A stretch of DNA of 64,000 bases from an uncultured delta proteobacterium (GTDB lineage Bacteria; Desulfobacterota; RBG-13-43-22): the NCBI GenBank assembly GCA_963790475.1, contig CAWBOS010000010.1, positions 1,472,001 to 1,536,000 on the forward strand. The letters are read 5' to 3'. Within the stretch, counting starts at the first letter, position 1. Every line of letters starts with the position of its first letter. The position numbers were made by a program, and so were the translations under genes. This document shows, in pieces, positions 1-9,829 of the stretch. The notes under the pieces are model-generated. The model made no database searches. It worked only from the letters and a program-made list of their open reading frames with translations, and had not been told where the DNA came from.

Positions 1-1
1 A

Positions 2-586
2 GTCATCGAGTCCACAACACCGGGCTACAGTGTTACCAATGTCCTGAAAAAAATGGGCTGGTGGGCGTCCGATACGGCCGAGCTGCTTTTTGAAGAATGT
101 CTGGTCCCGGCTGAAAACCTCTTAGGCGAAGAAAATCAGGGTTTTTACGGCATCATGGGCAATTTTCAAAACGAACGTTTGCAGTTGGCCCTTATGGCCA
201 ACACTACCGCCCAATTGGCCTATGAAGAATCGATCAAATATGTCAAACAACGTCAGGCCTTCGGCCGACCTCTGGAAGGATTTCAGGTCATTCGCCACAA
301 GTTGGCTGATATGGCTACCCAGATCGAGGCCAGCCGCGAGTTTACCTATCGAATAGCGGCCAAGATTGAGGCCGGTCTGAACCCGATCAAAGAAATCTCC
401 ATGGCCAAAAATTTTGCCTGCCAAGTCAGTGACCTGGTGACTCATGAGGCGGTCCAGATCCATGGTGGATACGGGTTTATACGGGAATACCTGGTAGAAA
501 GGCTTTATCGGGACAACCGCATCCTGTCCATCGGCGGCGGCACACAGGAGATCATGAAAGAGATTATCAGTAAAATGATTTTATAA
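2..586 (+). CDS. Acyl-CoA dehydrogenase, C-terminal part (5' end outside window)
   Basis: Frame open from base 2; motifs KMGWWASDTAEL, RQAFGRPL..FQVIRHKLADM, AVQIHGGYG, ERLYRD..I.GGT.EI. Confidence 0.93.
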   Translation, partial: VIESTTPGYSVTNVLKKMGWWASDTAELLFEECLVPAENLLGEENQGFYGIMGNFQNERLQLALMANTTAQLAYEESIKYVKQRQAFGRPLEGFQVIRHKLADMATQIEASREFTYRIAAKIEAGLNPIKEISMAKNFACQVSDLVTHEAVQIHGGYGFIREYLVERLYRDNRILSIGGGTQEIMKEIISKMIL

Positions 587-776
587 ATTGGCCAACGATG
601 CGCCTCCTAAATTTCATTTATTTCTTAATTTGATAAAATTTGGCTGTACGCAAGAGGCAGGAGGGGATAGGAAAAGCAAAATCAGGAAACAGTTGACCTA
701 TTGCCCATGGCCCATGGCCTCTATCCTCCCCGATAACATAAACCCCCTAACGAAAACCATGAAAAAGGAGGCCCCC

Positions 777-2288
777 ATGAAAATCAACATCGGAGAATTA
801 TTAACCAAGCGGTCTTTTCTAACCCCGGACCGGGAAGGATTGGTTTGCGAGAAGGTCCGACGGACCTACCGGGAACTTAATGAACGGGCCAACCGCCTGG
901 CCAACGCCCTGAAAGCCCTGGGTGTGGGCCATGGAGACCGAGTGGGCATATTGGCCCTGAATGAACCGGAGTATTACGACCTGTACTTCGGATTGGGAAA
1001 AATCGGGGCCATTCTGGTGCCGGTCAATTACCGCCTGGCCGGACCGGAGATACAGTTTATTTTATCGGACTGCGAGGCCAAGGTATTCATTTTCGGCAAG
1101 GAATACCAGGAAGTAGTGGATTCCATCCGTAAAGATATTCCGGCCCAACACCTGATCGCCATCAGCCCTGAGCCGATTGAATGGGCCAAGTCCTATGATG
1201 GTTTAATCAATGCCGCCTCCGATCAAGAACCGGAAATCAGCGGTTGGGATGACGACACCCTGACTATTCTCTACACCTCGGGGACAACCGGAAGGCCTAA
1301 GGGAGCGGAACTAACCCACACCTATTATTACTGGAACTCAGTCAATCTCATGTGCACCTTAGGTCAGGAAATCGGTAATACCACATTGATTGCTCTACCC
1401 CTTTTTCATATCGGTGCCCTGTCCGCCCCTCCCTGGCTCACCCATTACGGCGGGAAAGCGATTTTGCTTCGAAGTCTGGACCCCCAGCGTTTTCTGGAAC
1501 TCCTGCAGGAAGAAAAGGTTACCGGATTCGGTTCGGTGCCGGCCCTTCTGGATATCCTGAAGTGGGTCCCGAATTTCGAAAAATATGACTGGAGTTCAGT
1601 CCGGACCATTCTGGTCTATGCCGCCCCGGTGCCCGTAACCCTGATCAAGGAATATGCCGCGGCCGGGATTCAGGTCCGTCAATTATACGGTCTGACCGAG
1701 GGTAATACCGCCACCGTGCTTGATCCTGAAAACGCCTTAACTAAAGTCGGCTCTTGCGGTAAACCCTTCTTCCACACTGAAGTTCGGGTGGTTGATGAAG
1801 AAGGAAAAGATATAGGGCCGGAGGTCAATGGAGAGATATTATTACGCATGCCCAATATTATGAAAGGATATTGGAACCGACCCAAGGATACAGCCGCAAC
1901 CATCAAGGACGGCTGGCTTTACACCGGAGACATCGGAAAACTGGACCAGGACGGATTTCTGTATATTTTAGACCGCAAGAAAGACATGATCATCTCGGGC
2001 GGAGAGAATATTTATCCGGCCGAGGTCGAGGACGCTCTCTTACAGCACCCCAAAATAGCGGATGTGGGCGTCATCGGTTACGCCCATGAAAAATGGGGCG
2101 AAGCAGTCAAGGCCATTGTGGTCCTCAAGCCGGGGGAAACTTTGACTGAAGCAGAACTGATCGAATGGAGTCAGGGCAAAATCGGCCGATTCAAGATTCC
2201 CAAATCCGTGGTCTTTACCGAGGCCATCCCCAGAACGCCGACGGGGAAGATATTGAAACGAGTGCTTAGGGAGCAGTACAATCAGTAG
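777..2288 (+). CDS. Long-chain fatty acid--CoA ligase (AMP-binding family)
   Basis: YTSGTTGRPKG, YGLTE, GWLYTGD, DRKKDMIISGGENIYPAEVE, PRTPTGK; AAGGAGG RBS before ATG 777. Confidence 0.93.
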   Translation: MKINIGELLTKRSFLTPDREGLVCEKVRRTYRELNERANRLANALKALGVGHGDRVGILALNEPEYYDLYFGLGKIGAILVPVNYRLAGPEIQFILSDCEAKVFIFGKEYQEVVDSIRKDIPAQHLIAISPEPIEWAKSYDGLINAASDQEPEISGWDDDTLTILYTSGTTGRPKGAELTHTYYYWNSVNLMCTLGQEIGNTTLIALPLFHIGALSAPPWLTHYGGKAILLRSLDPQRFLELLQEEKVTGFGSVPALLDILKWVPNFEKYDWSSVRTILVYAAPVPVTLIKEYAAAGIQVRQLYGLTEGNTATVLDPENALTKVGSCGKPFFHTEVRVVDEEGKDIGPEVNGEILLRMPNIMKGYWNRPKDTAATIKDGWLYTGDIGKLDQDGFLYILDRKKDMIISGGENIYPAEVEDALLQHPKIADVGVIGYAHEKWGEAVKAIVVLKPGETLTEAELIEWSQGKIGRFKIPKSVVFTEAIPRTPTGKILKRVLREQYNQ

Positions 2289-2306
2289 GGTTGATTATTA
2301 AGGTGG

Positions 2307-2389
2307 ATAGGCTGAAGACTGAAGGAAAGGCAAGGCTTTCATTATCGTCTCGTTGTTTCTATTCCTTCGACTTTCAGCCTTCAGTCTAT
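2307..2389. repeat. Intergenic inverted repeat built of heptamer units (gctgaag/actgaag ... ttcagcc/ttcagtc)
   Basis: ataggctgaagactgaag (2307-2324) can pair with tttcagccttcagtctat (2372-2389). Confidence 0.5.
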
Positions 2390-2412
2390 TCCCCTAAAGA
2401 TACCAATAATCC

Positions 2413-3270
2413 ATGCAACCAACCATAATCATTTCCGGATTGGTTAAAAATTATGGAAGAGTAAAAGCCCTGCAAGGGCTTGATCTGACCATCGAGGCCG
2501 GACAGATTTATGGCTTATTGGGCCCCAATGGTTCAGGGAAATCAACCCTGATCAAAACCCTGGTAGGTGCGGTCAAACCGACTGCCGGAAAAGTTCTGGT
2601 CTTGGGACAGGCCATGCCGCAGAAAGCCCGATCGGTTAGGGGCCGTTTGGGTTATATGCCTCAGAATCCGGCCTTATACGGCGATATATCCGTTCGGGCC
2701 AATGTAAAATTCTTCGCCCAGGCCCACAATCTCGACCGCTTGGAAGAACGGATCGATCAGGTATTGGCTTTTGTCGGCCTGGCCGATCTGGCCGGCCGCA
2801 AAACGGAAACCCTATCCGGAGGACTAAAACAACGCTGTTCGCTGGCCTGCGCCCTGGTGCATGAACCGGAACTTTTACTTCTGGATGAACCCACCGCCGG
2901 GGTGGACCCGGTCCTCAAAGAAGGATTCTGGAAGTACTTTCATGAATTGAAGAATCAAGGCAAAACCATCATCATCACCACCCATCTCATGGACGAACCC
3001 CTGCTGTGCGACCGCCTTGGTATTCTGCGGGAGGGCCAATTGCTCATAGACGATACGCCGGAGCACATCCTGGCCAAAGGGAAAACCCGGGTGACCCTGG
3101 AAATAGAAGGCCAGCAAATCATGGCAGAGGCCGGCGATTACTCCCGTGAACTTCCCGGATTGTTGCGTCGCTACGGTCTTAAGCCGGACATCACCCATAT
3201 ATCCATCCAGCAGGAAAGCCTGGAGGATATTTTCTTGAAGCTTCTGAAAGAAGGAGAAGAAAATGGTTAG
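2413..3270 (+). CDS. ABC transporter ATP-binding protein (ABC-2/DrrA type)
   Basis: Walker A GPNGSGKST, signature LSGG, Walker B LLLLDEPT, H-loop. Confidence 0.93.
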   Translation: MQPTIIISGLVKNYGRVKALQGLDLTIEAGQIYGLLGPNGSGKSTLIKTLVGAVKPTAGKVLVLGQAMPQKARSVRGRLGYMPQNPALYGDISVRANVKFFAQAHNLDRLEERIDQVLAFVGLADLAGRKTETLSGGLKQRCSLACALVHEPELLLLDEPTAGVDPVLKEGFWKYFHELKNQGKTIIITTHLMDEPLLCDRLGILREGQLLIDDTPEHILAKGKTRVTLEIEGQQIMAEAGDYSRELPGLLRRYGLKPDITHISIQQESLEDIFLKLLKEGEENG

Positions 3271-4009
3271 AAATATTCTGGCCATTGCCGCCCGCATTGA
3301 TAACCAGCTTATCGGAGACCGGCGTTTTCTGGCTCTGGCCATTTTTCTGCCGTTGATCATATTTTATCTTTTCAAGGTCTTTATCCGGACCTTGCCGGTT
3401 GCCCTCCTCACCAATCCTCAGGAACTTTATATCATGATCACGGCCTTTATCATTCACTTCACCTCTTATGTGCTCTGTCTGATCGTCATCGTTAGGGAGC
3501 GACGGGATGAAACACTCATCCGGATGTTTGTCAACAACTTCAGCCGCGCCGAGGTCGTCATCGGCTATCTCCTGGGCTATGCCTCCCTGGCCACCCTTCA
3601 GGCCCTGCTCATCATGCTGGAGGTGAATCTACTATTCCATTTGTCTTACGGCTTAAGCCTGATGCTTTCCCTGTTCGTCGTCATGTGGACCCTGTCCATG
3701 ATCTCCATTGCCCTGGGGATCATGGTCTCCAACCTGGCCAGGACCGAAGCCCAGATCTTTCCTTTCATCCCCTTATTTATCCTGACCACGATTTTCATCT
3801 CCGGGTTGATCCTGCCCCTGTCGAGCATCCCCTGGAGTGTGCGCTGGTTGTCCTATCTGATCCCTTTCACCTATGCCCAGATATTGATTAGAGCCATGAT
3901 CGCCGAAGCGGGTGGGCTCTTTTCCCATCTCAGCCGGTTCGGCGTCCTGATTCTTTACGGCTTGGTTCTGTTGTTTTTGTCGAGTATGACTTTGAAGCAA
4001 AGGGAGTGA
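3263..4009 (+). CDS. ABC-2 type permease
   Basis: About six hydrophobic segments, IVRERR motif, overlaps the ATPase stop. Confidence 0.88.
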   Translation: MVRNILAIAARIDNQLIGDRRFLALAIFLPLIIFYLFKVFIRTLPVALLTNPQELYIMITAFIIHFTSYVLCLIVIVRERRDETLIRMFVNNFSRAEVVIGYLLGYASLATLQALLIMLEVNLLFHLSYGLSLMLSLFVVMWTLSMISIALGIMVSNLARTEAQIFPFIPLFILTTIFISGLILPLSSIPWSVRWLSYLIPFTYAQILIRAMIAEAGGLFSHLSRFGVLILYGLVLLFLSSMTLKQRE

Positions 4010-4026
4010 GGATCTTGAAGGAAATA

Positions 4027-4428
4027 ATGAATATCAAACTTAAAGAAATTGTAAAAGTTTGGCCTGATATCGCGCCTATATTTTCTGTGCCGCATAATGA
4101 AAAAGACAACAACAAATTGATTAGTCTCCTTGACAGCCTTATTGACGAAGTCGGGAATAATGAGAACCATTCCTTATCTTCGCTGATGGAGACGATTGGG
4201 AGCCTGATTGAAACCTACGAATCCCAATATATTAAGGAGATAGAGGGTCATCCGATAGATGCTCTGAATGCCTTGATGGAAGAACATGGTCTGAAACAGT
4301 CGGATCTATCTGAAATCGGCAGCCAGGGAGTTGTATCATAAATTTTATCCGGTAAACGTCAACTTAATGTCCGTCAAATAAAAATGTTAAGTAATCGGTT
4401 CCATGTTTCTCCAGCGGTCTTTATTTAA
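4027..4428 (+). pseudogene. HigA-like HTH antitoxin with in-frame nonsense codon
   Basis: ...LKQSDLSEIGSQGVVS-TAA(4339-4341)-ILSGKRQLNVRQIKMLSNRFHVSPAVFI*; the HTH continues in frame after the stop. Confidence 0.8.
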
Positions 4429-4509
4429 AACAAAACAATAAAAACCTTCCTCAAAAGAAGACTTGCTTTTCATTATAGAAGGAATGACGAGAATATTTTC
4501 CCCTTATCG

Positions 4510-4577
4510 GTCACCCCGGCGAAAGCCGGGGTCCAGAAGATATCGAAATGACTGGATTCCGGCTTAGGAGAAATGAC
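4510..4577. repeat. REP-like palindromic element (GTCAyyCCnGCGnAnGCnGGrrTCCAG...CTGGATTCC...ATGAC family)
   Basis: Related copies at 46004-46029 and 49158-49235. Confidence 0.65.
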
Positions 4578-4787
4578 GTCATTGGACTTTTCTAAAAGGC
4601 TCATTTATAATTATTTAAAGAGGATAGGTTGTATTCAGGGTTTGAACCGGCTAACCAAAAATAAATTGTTATGGCTTAGAGATCTAACTTAACCCTTCGT
4701 GTTGTGAAACTATGATCCATATAGGGTAAAGGTTGATGGGCGATGAATTGAGGAGAGGATCAGAAGCTTATTAAAGGAGAATATATT

Positions 4788-4985
4788 ATGGTGAGAATAA
4801 CCGTGGAAATAGAAGACTCAAAGGCAGAATTGTTGCAGAAGAAGGCGGAAAAGTTTGGGCTTTTGCCTGCCCAATTTGTAACCGCCTCTATTGAAGACCT
4901 GATTGGTCAAACGGAACCGGAATTTGAGGCGGCGATGCGCAAGGTCTTGTCTAAAAACAAGGAACTTTACAAGCGGTTAGCCTGA
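4788..4985 (+). CDS. Small antitoxin-like DNA-binding protein upstream of a Doc/Fic toxin gene
   Basis: 65 aa, AAGGAG RBS, C-terminal NKELYKRLA typical of Doc partners, TGATG overlap with the toxin gene. Confidence 0.72.
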   Translation: MVRITVEIEDSKAELLQKKAEKFGLLPAQFVTASIEDLIGQTEPEFEAAMRKVLSKNKELYKRLA

Positions 4986-5203
4986 TGCGCTACCTTTCTA
5001 TCCGCGAAGTTTTTGAACTGCACGAGCGTATCATAGAAACCTCCGGCGGTGCTCGTGGGATTCGAGATATTGGAGCCCTTGAATCTTCACTCAATCAACC
5101 CCGTCTCACCTTCGATCAGGCTGATCTCTACCCCGATGTTGTGACGAAAGCCGCTGCCCTTTGCTTTTTCTTAGTATTGAATCACCCCTTTATTGACGGT
5201 TAA
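4985..5203 (+). pseudogene. Doc/Fic-family toxin truncated inside the Fic motif
   Basis: GIRD.GALES...P...F...DLYP..AA.L...L..NHPFIDG then stop; NKR and the C-terminal helices are missing. Confidence 0.82.
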
Positions 5204-5263
5204 GACCTTCACCGCCTCGTTTCGGTCAGAAAACACTTTTCCTACCTTGTCTTCGCGCCCTGG

Positions 5264-5320
5264 TTTTCTTCTTGACCGTGTCATCTCTTTTCCTTATACT
5301 CTTTTCATCAAAATTGAATC
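5264..5320 (+). promoter_or_regulatory. Repeated sigma70-type promoter module, copy 1
   Basis: TTGACC(5272)-17 bp-TATACT(5295), followed by cttttcatcaaa as in other copies. Confidence 0.7.
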
Positions 5321-5371
5321 GCTATTCATAATATGTTTTTTTGTTACTAGCCGGCACCTAATAGACCTTAT

Positions 5372-6493
5372 ATGGGAGAAATAATTATAAAAGAAGTACT
5401 TACACGGAAAGAGCTTCGTGAATTCATTTTTCTGCCTGAGAAAATCCATAAAACAGAGCCCGATTGGCTTCCTCCTATTTATAGGGATGAACGTTTGCTG
5501 TTTAATAAGAAGAAAAACAAATCGTATAAGTATGCTGATGCACTTTTACTCCTGGCGTCGAAGGATAATAAACCTGTCGGAAGAATTATGGGTATTATCA
5601 ACAAAAGATATAACGCTATCAACAATGAGAATCACGGACGATTCTGTTTTATGGAATGTTATTACGACCAGGAAGTTTTTCATGCCCTGATAGTCAGGGT
5701 TGAGAATTGGACAAGAGAAAACGGAATGAGCAGCCTTGTTGGTCCACTTGGATTTTCAGACAAAGATCCCCAGGGATTTCAGATTGAAGGCTTTGAATAT
5801 CTCCCGTTTATGACCAGCGCAAACAATTCTCCATATATGGCAAACCTTATTGAAGCAGAAGGGTATGAAAAGAAGATTGACCTGGTAAATTACCTCGCCA
5901 AAATGCCTGAGCAGCTTCCTTCGGTCTATGAGAAGGTACTTTCAAGGCTTGAGAAAACTCAGGGATATAAAATTATTGAGTTTAATAAGAAAAAAGAGCT
6001 GAAACCATATATTTTACCTGTTCTCGAACTTATGAATGAGACATTCAACGAGATCTATGGTTTTGTTCCACTGAATGATAAAGAGAAAACTGAATTTGCC
6101 GGAAGATATCTTCCTATCCTCAACCCTGAATTTATAAAGGTGGTGGAAGCCGACGGAGGTTTGATCGGATTTGCAATAGGGATGCCCGATGTTAGCTCCG
6201 GAATTAAAGCTTGCCGAGGCAGATTACTCCCCTTCGGGATATTTAAAGTCCTGAAGGAATCAAAGAGTTCAAAGAAACTGCTGATGATGCTTGGCGGCGT
6301 TAAGAAACCTTACCGGGGTAAAGGAATTGAAGTTCTTATGGGCGTGAAAATTCTGCAGTCAGGCATAAAGCACAAGATGGATGTTATCGACAGCCACCTT
6401 ATTCTGGAAGATAATACCAGGATGAGGTCTGAATATGAGAGAATCGGAGGTCAGGTAGTAAAAAAATTCAGGATCTACCAGAAAGCTTTATAA
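5372..6493 (+). CDS. GNAT-fold, YghO-like putative N-acetyltransferase
   Basis: GRI...I, GPLGFS, N.PY, GV...YRGKG, ILEDN..M motifs; AT-rich. Confidence 0.7.
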   Translation: MGEIIIKEVLTRKELREFIFLPEKIHKTEPDWLPPIYRDERLLFNKKKNKSYKYADALLLLASKDNKPVGRIMGIINKRYNAINNENHGRFCFMECYYDQEVFHALIVRVENWTRENGMSSLVGPLGFSDKDPQGFQIEGFEYLPFMTSANNSPYMANLIEAEGYEKKIDLVNYLAKMPEQLPSVYEKVLSRLEKTQGYKIIEFNKKKELKPYILPVLELMNETFNEIYGFVPLNDKEKTEFAGRYLPILNPEFIKVVEADGGLIGFAIGMPDVSSGIKACRGRLLPFGIFKVLKESKSSKKLLMMLGGVKKPYRGKGIEVLMGVKILQSGIKHKMDVIDSHLILEDNTRMRSEYERIGGQVVKKFRIYQKAL

Positions 6494-6779
6494 ATATACT
6501 TCCGGGAATAAGGAATATCTCCTTCCTATCCAGTTAAATTATTTGATATTTGATTTTAAGATCTGAAAATGAAAAAAAATCCAAGAAACTCCTTAAACTG
6601 GAACCTTGCTATTCTCTTTTGTTTGCTATCCGCTCCCATTACCGGATTTTTGCCTTTATCGAAGACAGCAGTTCTTGTATCATCATCGAAGATCAGATGA
6701 GTATTGAACCTCACATCAGTAAACCAGTTATTAAGATTAGCTGTTAATATCCTTTCATGACCATCTTCTCAAAAAGAAC

Positions 6780-7020
6780 CTTGCGCTCCCTTGGGTTTCT
6801 TGACGTCGATAGCCACGAAATACTTATTCTGGTTGATATAGTATCAGAGCGGATTGGAGTGTTTCCAGAATTTTCCCCAGTAAGTCCCTCCCCGCCAGTA
6901 ATCCCCCTGAAAGGGCACTTCCACCTGATCACTTCCGCCCCGTACTGCCCCAGAAATTTGGCGGCCGTAGGGCCGAAAATTCTGTGGGACAAATCGAGGA
7001 CCCGGATACCGGTCTATCCC
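6780..7020 (-). pseudogene. CoA-transferase family III (CaiB/BaiF) N-terminal remnant
   Basis: GIRVLDLSHRIFGPTAAKFLGQYGAEVI, frameshift, VEVPLQGDYWR, stop, NQNKYFVAIDVKKPKG. Confidence 0.75.
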
Positions 7021-7216
7021 TCTAAATTAGTTTCAGCATTTTTCGGAAATGGCTTGAAGGCCATCCATTGCCTTAGCGGTGGTGTCTAAAAACCTGTTCC
7101 CCTGATCAGGTCTGGCACAGGCTTGGCTCATCGCTTTACGCTCCGGCTCCCAAAGCGATAAGGGCAGCGGGAGTCGGGTAGTGTCCTAATTTGAACGGGT
7201 AAAATTTAAAAAACAT

Positions 7217-8290
7217 TCATTCGGTGGGAATTTCATATTCAGAAGGAGATGGCGAAGGATATTCTACGAATTCCATAACCCTGTCAATCATTTGTTTAAC
7301 GGCCTCATTAGCATTTATTGGGATTATTTCTATGTGTGGGTGTTGTTTTGCAAATACCCGAAAAACTTCATCCGCAAAAGCTTGACCTATAGATTCAACG
7401 TCCCTAAAATCGAATAATACAGTTTTGAAGCGTTCTATTCTTATTAATAGCCGTTTCGCTTGGGATCTGGATATTAATTGTTCATTACCATATTGTGCCA
7501 ACCGAACAGGCACGATAGTTTTTGTAAACCCATATTCATTATCCGAAAATCTATTAAATACTTCTTTGGTTGTTCGTGCCGTATTATTTTTTAATTTCAT
7601 TGTTATATAAGTTCCATTTTGATATTCTGAATTTTGTAATATCCAATCTCCCTCCTTGTCATATGTATGCGAAAGAAAAACTTCACCCGATAAAATACTG
7701 TATTCATCGAACATGCGTGAAGTAAAAAAAATACCCTCTCCAGTATGACGAGCTGGATCAGTTGTCAATTTTCCTTTAGTCAATTCGATTATTGCGTGAC
7801 GCTCATCAAGAAGCCCCAACATGTTTTTAATTTTCGTAAAAATGCCTATTCCATCATCAAGTATATTCATTTTCGTAGAATGTGCGGTTTTAGAAATGAT
7901 AATTACAACACATGTCCCCCCAGAATGATCAATAACATTGTTAAACATTTCCGAAAAACCATAATGCCAAATATCGAGTGTATTCTCTGGCAACTGACCC
8001 AATCGTTGAACTATCTCATTTCTCCATATGACATCTTCTGCACGGTTGTCTTCAAGAGAAAACTTTGCTCTCCAAATTGATTGTGGGTGTAAAGTATAAC
8101 GAACTCCTTGCCCTTTTCCTTTTCGGTCTAAAACTTCTTGTTTTATAAGTTGTTGAATATGTTTATTTACTGCCTGTCGAGAAATATTAAATTCATTAGT
8201 AGTAAGATTAACTATATCTTTTGGATTTGCCTCGACATTTTCAAGAACAAATTCTCTTATTTTTTCACCACGTTTCCTTAATTTTGTCAT
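7217..8290 (-). CDS. HTH + HATPase-like + STAS-like (DUF4325-type) protein, transposon cargo
   Basis: ISRQAVNKHI HTH; EMFNNVIDHS, DDGIGIF, GEGIFF ATPase boxes; C-terminal LISRSQAKR..LFDFRDVESIGQAFADEVFRVF. Confidence 0.8.
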   Translation of the reverse strand: MTKLRKRGEKIREFVLENVEANPKDIVNLTTNEFNISRQAVNKHIQQLIKQEVLDRKGKGQGVRYTLHPQSIWRAKFSLEDNRAEDVIWRNEIVQRLGQLPENTLDIWHYGFSEMFNNVIDHSGGTCVVIIISKTAHSTKMNILDDGIGIFTKIKNMLGLLDERHAIIELTKGKLTTDPARHTGEGIFFTSRMFDEYSILSGEVFLSHTYDKEGDWILQNSEYQNGTYITMKLKNNTARTTKEVFNRFSDNEYGFTKTIVPVRLAQYGNEQLISRSQAKRLLIRIERFKTVLFDFRDVESIGQAFADEVFRVFAKQHPHIEIIPINANEAVKQMIDRVMEFVEYPSPSPSEYEIPTE

Positions 8291-8439
8291 TTTAAAATCC
8301 TTAGAATCTATAATTGACAACCTTTTTTGGAATAATTGTAAACCTTATGGTCTTATTTGTCAACCTTTTGGTTTAAATTAATAGAAGAGCCGGGGAAGGG
8401 ATTGATAAACTATAGAATGGTTTTATGAGGTTATATATT

Positions 8440-8772
8440 TTAGAAAATTTTGTTTTTTTTGACTGATTTACTTTTTGCGTCCTGAACAATTGCCGCCCGT
8501 ACCGCTTTTTCTGGCGAATCTATTTTCCCCTGATGGAGTACCGCATAATATTTTCTCTTTTTTGATCCTTCAATCTCATGGGACCACGCGTAAGCTCGAT
8601 TTGCTGTAGGATGGTTTTGAAGGTCAAAAACCGCGACAATCCCTTCCCAAGCTGTATCGAGGCCAAATTTTTCCACCACTATTACATCCTCGATATAAGA
8701 AGCGCGGCAATTGTGTAATCGTTCAATGGCCCTTTGAAGGTCTTTATTGTTCTGTTGGATCTTCTTTTTCAT
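8440..8772 (-). CDS. Hypothetical protein, transposon cargo
   Basis: 110 aa ORF overlapping the upstream cargo gene; globular-looking core WEGIVAVFDL..HP..RAYAWS. Confidence 0.65.
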   Translation of the reverse strand: MKKKIQQNNKDLQRAIERLHNCRASYIEDVIVVEKFGLDTAWEGIVAVFDLQNHPTANRAYAWSHEIEGSKKRKYYAVLHQGKIDSPEKAVRAAIVQDAKSKSVKKNKIF

Positions 8773-9532
8773 CTTCAATGCTTTCTGGTAAATCCTCCTC
8801 ATTTTCCTGCAAAAATTTTATCAATTTCTTTATTGACTTAATAGTTGTCGGTTGTTCTCCAGAAATTATGATGCGTGCCTTTAACCCTCGCCCAATAGTA
8901 TAAGTTGCAATTTCCCTTTCATCGGGGGGCGCGGTTGTTGGCGCGAGTGTCGTTGTAGTTGGTGTTGTCGATATTGATGTGTTTGTACCTTGCATTGGTT
9001 TCTCCAGTGAAGGGACAGTTTCTACCGTCAAAGTATCCGAGTTCTTCAAGTTAGCAAAATCAATTGTTTTTTTAAAGTCAAGAAGAAAGCCATCCACCTT
9101 ATCAGCGTTAAATCCATAATCCTTTATCAGCCTTACTTTTAGGTTTTGATCTGACGGTAACTGTCCCTTACATTCATTAAATAATTTATCATAAAGTGTT
9201 GGATTTAAAGCTAATTTTTTTATTGTCTTAATATATATCTCGTCAGATGGCTCATGCAACGCTAAATATATCGCTTCATCTGTTAGTATGATATCCTTTT
9301 GTTTCTCATAAATCAAGCCAAATTGTTTCAAGGCAGAAAGCACCCTCCCACCGTAACCACCTATGGTTTTATAACCGAGATGTTCATAGACGACTTTTAA
9401 AGGCATGGGATTGTTAGTATCTTTATTCCACAGAATTTTTGCCTTTTGAATGGCTTCTTCAAGACTAATCATGGGATATCCGGGACTTCGTTTTCCCGCC
9501 TTGCGTTCCTTCTTTTCTTGATCGCTATTCAT
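8744..9532 (-). CDS. Hypothetical winged-helix-like protein (possibly DUF5343-like), transposon cargo
   Basis: RSPGYPMISLEEAI...LSALKQFGLI...ILTD N-domain, Thr-rich linker; GAGGTG RBS. Confidence 0.65.
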   Translation of the reverse strand: MNSDQEKKERKAGKRSPGYPMISLEEAIQKAKILWNKDTNNPMPLKVVYEHLGYKTIGGYGGRVLSALKQFGLIYEKQKDIILTDEAIYLALHEPSDEIYIKTIKKLALNPTLYDKLFNECKGQLPSDQNLKVRLIKDYGFNADKVDGFLLDFKKTIDFANLKNSDTLTVETVPSLEKPMQGTNTSISTTPTTTTLAPTTAPPDEREIATYTIGRGLKARIIISGEQPTTIKSIKKLIKFLQENEEDLPESIEDEKEDPTEQ

Positions 9533-9566
9533 TTCCGCACCTCTCTTTTCTATTGTGTTGGTTGTA

Positions 9567-9669
9567 GTTATAGTCTGCCTGTTCCCGAAAGTCAAGAACA
9601 ATTTTTTACGAACAATAGGATTAAAATATATTAATTTTGTTCTTGACAAATGAATTAGAGTGGTATAAT
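9567..9669. promoter_or_regulatory. Back-to-back promoters inside the transposon
   Basis: Minus strand TTGACT-17-TATAAC toward the cargo; plus strand TTGACA(9643) and extended -10 TGGTATAAT(9661-9669) toward the transposase; 11-bp IR gtcaagaacaa/ttgttcttgac. Confidence 0.65.
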
Positions 9670-9829
9670 TTAGGATTAAAAGATTGAAATTTACTTGGGA
9701 GGGAATGAAATGAGAAGAAAATTAGCCCTTACTGGTCAATCAATCGCCGCCAGTAGGGGCCATAACGAGAAGACCCCAGGTCCGATCATCCTTGGCGGGA
9801 ATAGACTTGGGGTCATGGCGATTCTTAAT

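Noticed and set aside
588-776. N-terminal extension of the CoA ligase from TTG 588
   Set aside because: Strong RBS and family-typical start at 777; the extension crosses an intergenic palindromic region.
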